A stretch of DNA of 14,684 nt from Azolla caroliniana (taxonomy: Eukaryota > Plantae > Polypodiophyta), in NCBI GenBank assembly GCA_043228905.1, contig JBHGNT010000848.1, forward strand, positions 1 to 14,684, read 5' to 3'. Shown in pieces: positions 8,965 through 14,684 of the stretch. The notes beneath the pieces are model-generated. The model searched no databases, had not been told where the DNA came from, and saw only the letters and a program-made list of their open reading frames with translations. Within the stretch, counting starts at the first letter, position 1. Every line of letters starts with the position of its first letter. The position numbers were made by a program, and so were the translations under genes.

Positions 8965-9963
8965 GTAGTCGGAAGAGAGGTTGCAAGTGGCCTTGAGCAT
9001 TGTGAAGAGATGCTTCCAAAATTTAGAGATGAATTGAGGTCCACGATCACTGATGATGGTGTCAGGAAGACCATGGTGCCGAAAAACTTCAGGCATAACG
9101 ATACTTGCGGTCTCTTCACTAGTGAACTCTTTAGTGTATGGCAAGAAATGTGTCATCTTAGTGTATCGATCAACCACTGTTAAGATAGCGTTGAAGCCCT
9201 TATAATTCAGAAGATTTGTGATAAAATCCAAAGAAATAGATTGTCATAGCTTGCTTGGAACTGGTAATGTTTCTAATAAACCATATGGATGATGTCAGGG
9301 CATCTTTGCTCTGCAGCATGTATCACATGTACGAACATAATCCTTGACAAATCTTTGCATATGGGGCCACAAAAATGATCGAGTTACTAAATCCAAGGTT
9401 TTAGTACTACCAAAATGTCCAACTATATATGTATCATAAAACATTTGTACGACTCGAAGGCGAGATGAACCATTGGAAACATACAAAAGATTTTTAAAGA
9501 AGATTAATCCATTATGCCATTTGAATTGTCGATAATCCGTACTTGATTGTTGTGACTGCGAATAGGATGCTCGAGTGGGATCAATCTGATCTAAGATATC
9601 TTGAGCAAAGACATCTGGCTTCATATCTTGACGTATTATATCAATAATGCTAGAATCCCATGGAGTATCAAAAACCGAAGTTGCTTGAAGTTGTGTAGGA
9701 CACAAGATTACGTTCTTTTGATTATCGAAGGCTGGATCACCAAGACAAGGTGCTAGATACGAACGTCGTGATAATGCATCTGCCTTCCCTTGTTGCTTGC
9801 CCGGATGAAATGTAATCTTAAAGTCGAAATGAGTGAGAAATTGGGCCCACCGAGCTTGTCGTCTGTTCAATACATGAGCATTCTAGAAATAGGCTAGGTT
9901 CTTGTGATCACTGAATTTGATGAGGAAATCCTTCTAGAAAATGTCTCCATTGTGCAAAGGAAT

Positions 9964-10346
9964 TGTAAAAACTAACATGCGGAAGCAAGTATGAAGACCG
10001 AACAGAAGGAAGAAAACTCAGGTTTAATGGAGAGCTTGAGCTTACACAGTATACACGGGAGAGACAGAGAGAGAACACAAGAACTATATTCAACAAAATA
10101 CTCAGTCTCTACATAAGACGTGCTTAGTGAACACTTTTATACAAGTCCTAGAAGGACTGACCGAAGTACTGGCCGTACTTCAATGCTCTTTAAGAGCTCC
10201 TACACTAACTCCCAAATATATTCCTCATGGAATATCTTTCCTAACGACCTCCCGATTTACGCACTCGACCTGACCGATCGGTCCCAACCGATCCGGTCCT
10301 CGGCTTCTTCAGCCGATCCGGCCGATGTTGAGCTTGTCTCTCAACA
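9964..10346 (-). repeat. E4 3' LTR (383 bp)
   Basis: Minus strand TGTTGAG...TTTTACA, directly after the PPT; GTATAAAAG at 10134-10142. Confidence 0.87.
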
Positions 10347-10358
10347 CTCCCCCTCAAG
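10347..10358 (-). other. E4 LTR-proximal polypurine tract
   Basis: CTTGAGGGGGAG abutting TGTTG. Confidence 0.9.
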
Positions 10359-10800
10359 CTCAACTCGAGGCTCTTCGGGATCCTCGGGCTCACAGCTCCG
10401 GTTCCTCCTGGCTTCACGCCTCGCTCGCGCTCCTCGACCTGTTCGACTCCGCGCGCTTCGACCCTTCCGGTCGGCTTGTCTGCTCATGCGGCCCTTATCA
10501 GCTCTTCTATTGTTGCGGTGTTGACGCTTCTCCTGCTGCCTTTTCTTCCGCTTGGGCCTTGGTTGATTCAGCGTGTCTGAATCAAACATCTGAACCGACT
10601 CGGCTACCTCTGGTCGGTTTTCACTCCCGTCTGAGTTGGCTGTCTCCAACTCGTCTTCGGTCTTCTTGCACTTGGTGGCGTCATCTTCTCCATGTGTGGT
10701 TGGCTTCGGCTCTCTCCTTCGGCTGCTCCCCTTCTATCTGCTTTCGAACTTTTCCGCGGGTCCGCCCTCGGCTTCTTCAGCCGATCCGAAGTTGAACTCG

Positions 10801-10824
10801 ACAACCGAGTCAACAACCGAGTCA
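10801..10824. repeat. 12-bp tandem duplication (ACAACCGAGTCA x2)
   Basis: In-frame, gives DSVVDSVV in the E4 tail. Confidence 0.85.
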
Positions 10825-10887
10825 ACCGACTCGGTGTCGCGACCTCCGCTCCTTTCCTGCTGCTTTTCTTGGTTGTTCGGGACTGTT

Positions 10888-10899
10888 CTCCCCCTCAAG
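10888..10899 (-). other. E4 second, upstream PPT copy at the RNase H end
   Basis: Identical CTTGAGGGGGAG, read as (N)LRGR. Confidence 0.75.
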
Positions 10900-13800
10900 T
10901 TTGGCATGTCGAGGTGACGCAATCCGAGCGCACCGGAGAATTGCCGCAACTTGTCCAGACCAAGGGGCTTAGTGAAGATGTCAGCAGTCTGCCGATCCGT
11001 CGGAACGTACTGAAGTTCGACTTCTCCGGAAAGGACACGCTCACGGACGAAATGGTAGTGCACCTCAATGTGCTTGGTCCGTGCGTGGAAAACGGAGTTT
11101 TTCGCGAGCTGGATGCTGCTGAGGTTGTCGCAGTAGATTGTCGTCGGATCTGACACCTCCTCTTGTAGGTCCTTAAGTAGCCACTTCAACCATATGGCTT
11201 CGCATGTCGCGACAGCTGCTCCTCGGTACTCAGCTTCGGTGCTCGACAGTGCAACTGTCGGCTGCTTCTTACTGCTCCACGCGATCGCGGCACTCCCGAG
11301 GGAGAACGCGTATCCGGACGTGGATCGGCGATCGGCGGCGTTGCCAGCCCAATCAGCATCGGTGTAGCCGACTAACTGTGCGGTTGCACCGGTCCGATAT
11401 AGCAGTCCCCGGTCCTTAGTGCCGTTGACATACTGAAGTATGCGTTGCGCACACTGAAGGTGCTCCTCGGTAGGTCCCGCCATGAACTAACTGATCACTC
11501 CGACCGGATAACTGAGGTCGGGTCGGGTGATGGTCAAGTATATGAGGCTTCCGACAATTTGTCGGAACCTCGTCGGGTCGCATACCTTTCCCGTATCGGG
11601 ACGAAGCTTGGTGGTTCTGTCTAGAGGAGTCGAGACAGACTTACATTCGACTATCCCGAATTTGAAGAGCATACTCAGCACGTAATGACGTTGGCTTATC
11701 AATATGCCTTCGGGGGTACGGATCACTTCGATCCCGAGGAAGTAATGAAGGTCCCCCAGATCCTTCATGTCGAACGATGCCGCAAGCTGGAGCTTCACGC
11801 GGTTGATTTCACCTAGGTCGGCGCCGGTGATGACCAAGTCATCCACATATAGTAAAATACTAACTGGTCCGAGTCGACCTTTCCGGATGAACAGGGAAGA
11901 GTCTGATTTTGTCGTGACGAAGCCCATCCGACGCAGTTGTTGCGTGATCTTCGCGTTCCAGGCACGAGGGGCTTGCTTCAGTCCGTAAAGGGACTTCTTC
12001 AGTCGGCATACTGCCGAGGAGTTCGTTCCAGAGTGAAATCCGGGGGGTTGTACCATGTACACCTGTTCCTCAAGGTCACCTTGCAGGAACGCATTCTTTA
12101 CATCCATTTGATGTAGGTGCCACCCCTTGGCTGCAGCTACTACGAGCAAAACACGGACGGTTGTCATTTTCGCGACCGGCGCAAACGTCTCATCGTAGTC
12201 GATGCCGTGTTTTTGCGCGTAGCCCTTTGCCACTAACTGAGCCTTGTACCGGTTGACCGAGCCATCGGTGTTGTACTTGACCTTGTACACCCACCTACAC
12301 CCGATCGGTTTTACCCCTATTGGTGCGTCAACCAGGTCCCAGGTCTCGTTCTCCGCCAATGCGTGCATCTCTTCCTCCATCGCGGCACGCCAATTCGCGT
12401 CTTTAGCCGCTTCTGCGTAGCTCTCCGGCTCACGCACTTCCGCTACACGGGTCATGTACGCATAATGATGCGCCATGTACTCGTTGTATCCGAACCTCAA
12501 AACAAGATTCTTCTGGTGGGTAGATCGGCGTAATCTCACATTAGCCGATGTCGAGGCCTTCTCGGTCGACGCGGTCTTCACCTTTAAAGACCCGTCACCG
12601 GTTCCCTCAGAGTCGGACTCGCGTCGGTCTGACTCGTTCCTATCCGTGCCAGAATCCGACACCTTCTTCTTCCCTTTCTCTTTGCGTGTAAGCCGTCTCC
12701 TCGGCTTCCTGCGCGGGGAATGCACGGCCGAGTCTCCACTACTCGCCGGCTCTTCATCGGACTGGTCGTACCGACTTAGTCGTCCAATCGGTCCACTTAA
12801 GCGGAGTGAAATCGAACTCTCTTCGCGGGTCTCGATTTCGGGCTCATCCGGAGGCATCTCAGCCTCGCTGACCTCATCGTCAGAACACGGATTGGACTCA
12901 GGGCTCGGAGTCGGGGGCTGGTACCAGGACGCGGACTCGTCAAACACAACGTCACGGCTAACACGCGCTTGTTTGTTGCGAGGGTTATAGCACTTATAAC
13001 CCTTCTGCTCGTCCGAGTAACCGACCAAGATGCATTTCTCGGCCTTTGCGTCCAGCTTCCTCCTTTTCTCCTTCGGTACATGCACATACGCAATGCTACC
13101 GAACACCCTCAAGTGTCACAAGTTCGGCTTCGTTCCGAAATACAGCTCGTGCGCCGACACTTTGTCTCCGATCCGGTGCTGGATGTATACCGCGGTCCTT
13201 ACCGCCTCGGCCCAGTAGAACTTGGGCAAGCTCTTCTCCTCCAACATTGCCTGTGCCGCTTCCACAACTGACCGATTCTTCGTCTCGGCCACGCCGTTCT
13301 GCTCTGGCGTGTATCTACAACTGAATTCGCGCCGAATTCCCATTTGTTGTAGATAACCGTTGAATTGACCGGAAAAGTACTCTTTTCTGCCATCCGACCG
13401 CATGCACTTGATCTTCCGTCCTGTTTCCATTTCCACGAACCCTTTGAGGTCACGGAAACAATCGAAGACTTCGCTCTTCCTCTCAATGAGGTAGATCCAC
13501 GTGTGCCGCGTGTGGTCGTCGATGAAGGAGACGAAATATCGGCTCCCGCCAAGACTAACGTTTTGTGCCGGCCCCCACACATCGGAGTGTATAAGGTCGA
13601 GCTTGTTCCGGCTCCGGTTCCGCTCGTTGGGGAAAGGAAGTCGGTGTTGCTTCCCGAGTTGGCAGGCTTCACAAATTTGTGCCTTTCGGCCACTAAATTT
13701 GGGCAATCCGAACACTACCTGTTTTGATTGCAGATCTTGAAGCCGTTGGTAGTTGACGTGGCCTATCCGCTTGTGCCACAAGTCGATGTCCGACTCGGGT

Positions 13801-14684
13801 TTTTGTCCCTTCGCGAACATTGCAGTGCCACCGTCAGTGGAGTCGAGGATGAACATCCTCCCGTCTCTGCGCCCTTGCGCAATCACACGGCCTTCTTCCT
13901 CAATGAAGCACCCGAGGTGTGTAAACCGAACCTCCATCCCTTGGTCGACGATCTGTCCGACCGAGACCAAGTTCTTCGTGATTGTCGGAACGTGCAACAC
14001 GTTCATGAGTTTCCCTTTCTGCCCGACATGGCTAAGGGGAACTTCTCCGACATTCACGATCGGATGCGGAGTGTCGTCTCCAGTTGCGACTACTCCAGGT
14101 TGTATCGGTTTTTCAAGGTACGAGAACCACTCCTTATGGCTCGTCATGTGGTTTGACGCGCCGGAGTCTACGTACCACACCTCATCTGATCTCAGGGTGG
14201 TCTGTTTCATTGAGTTTGCTTCATGTCTCGTCACGAAGGCAGTCCCTTCTCCGACTCTCCCGGAGTCTTCGACATAATGCGATCGCTGCCGATTTCCCTT
14301 GTCGGTATGTCTGGAGCCGCTCCCGGAACCAGTTCTCTCCGAATCGGCGCGCTTCTTCCAACACTCACTTTCCCTGTGGCCTTTCTTGCCACAGTACCAG
14401 CACTCCGCGATGGCCTTCCCTTGCAGGTTCTCATCGCTTCGACTCCCCCTGTTTCCGGAGGATCCGGAGTTGCTGTCGGCATCACTTCGGTGCCTTCTTC
14501 CTTGATCTCGTCGGCCGCCTCCATTGCGCGCCGATTCGTCTCATCCTCCACGTCCACGGGGCCTATCTCCCTCCGTGTATAGCATTCTGTTGTCGGTGTG
14601 CGTGCTTGTAGACGCACCCGCGTGGTTCTCCTCTACTAGGAGCATTGACTGTAAGTCGAAAAAGGACGGTGTATTCTCCCGGGT

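Larger units (their letters stand above)
3719..9963 (-). mobile_element. E2: degenerate Ty3/Gypsy chromovirus (Tcn1-like), 3' portion, host to nested insertions
   Basis: RNase H-integrase-chromodomain order on minus, PPT at 8141-8152, 3' LTR starting TGTCATG at 8137 and ending CTTGACA at 3719. Confidence 0.88.
8182..9963 (-). pseudogene. pol: E2 pol 3' part: RNase H end, integrase, chromodomain
   Basis: [69 protein letters not shown], then the chromodomain; multiple stops and frameshifts. Confidence 0.93.
9964..14684 (-). mobile_element. E4: Ty1/Copia retrotransposon inserted in the E2 RNase H; 5' end beyond the right edge
   Basis: gag-PR-INT-RT-RNase H, PPT and 3' LTR. The E2 reading frame resumes right after the LTR end; predicted TSD GGAAT (+, 9959-9963). 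Confidence 0.95.
10341..14684 (-). pseudogene. gag-pol: E4 gag-pol polyprotein, single frame with four premature stops and a C-terminal extension
   Basis: Zn knuckle CWYCGKKGHRESEC (14402-14361), protease WYVDSGASNHM, LWHKRIGH/CEAC, integrase HSDVWGP/RSDG/NGVAE, RT MDVKNAFL/LYGLKQAPRAW/YVDD, RNase H DADWAG/TEAEY/CDN/ADIFTK. Stops at 14541, 13116, 11487 and 10734. Confidence 0.95.

Noticed and set aside
10120-14611. Many 70-175 aa plus-strand ORFs over E4, and minus-strand ORFs over E1 such as 362-1096
   Set aside because: Antisense shadows of GC-rich coding frames with no recognisable motifs.
14231-14617. Separate gag ORF implying a gag-pol frameshift
   Set aside because: The real gag with its Zn knuckle is in the same frame as pol; this ORF is an alternative-frame artefact.

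Overview
Eukaryotic, most likely non-seed land-plant (inferred from the element types), heterochromatic DNA made almost entirely of four nested or adjacent LTR retrotransposons; no host gene is recognisable. (E1, 1-3521) End of an unclassified LTR element: one ancestral frame of about 1000 codons on + (3/186-3074, four premature stops, no frameshift) encoding a non-gag/pol protein (globular N-domain, basic patches, long coiled coil, acidic tail), then a ~395-bp LTR (TGTTG...CAACA). Where a polypurine tract would be expected the LTR is abutted by a tRNA-Arg 3'-end-like sequence ending in CCA, i.e. a PBS on the minus strand, although the LTR TATA box points +. (E2, 3719-9963, minus) Old chromodomain-bearing Ty3/Gypsy whose 3' LTR is split by E3 and whose RNase H is interrupted by E4; its integrase carries a 26-bp LTR-ended micro-insertion with a 5-bp target duplication. 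(E3, 3868-7971, +) Decayed Tto1/Tork-like Ty1/Copia with truncated 5' LTR, iMet PBS and an RT deletion. (E4, 9964-14684, minus) Younger Ty1/Copia, single gag-pol frame with four stops, two identical PPTs and a 181-codon tail after RNase H.
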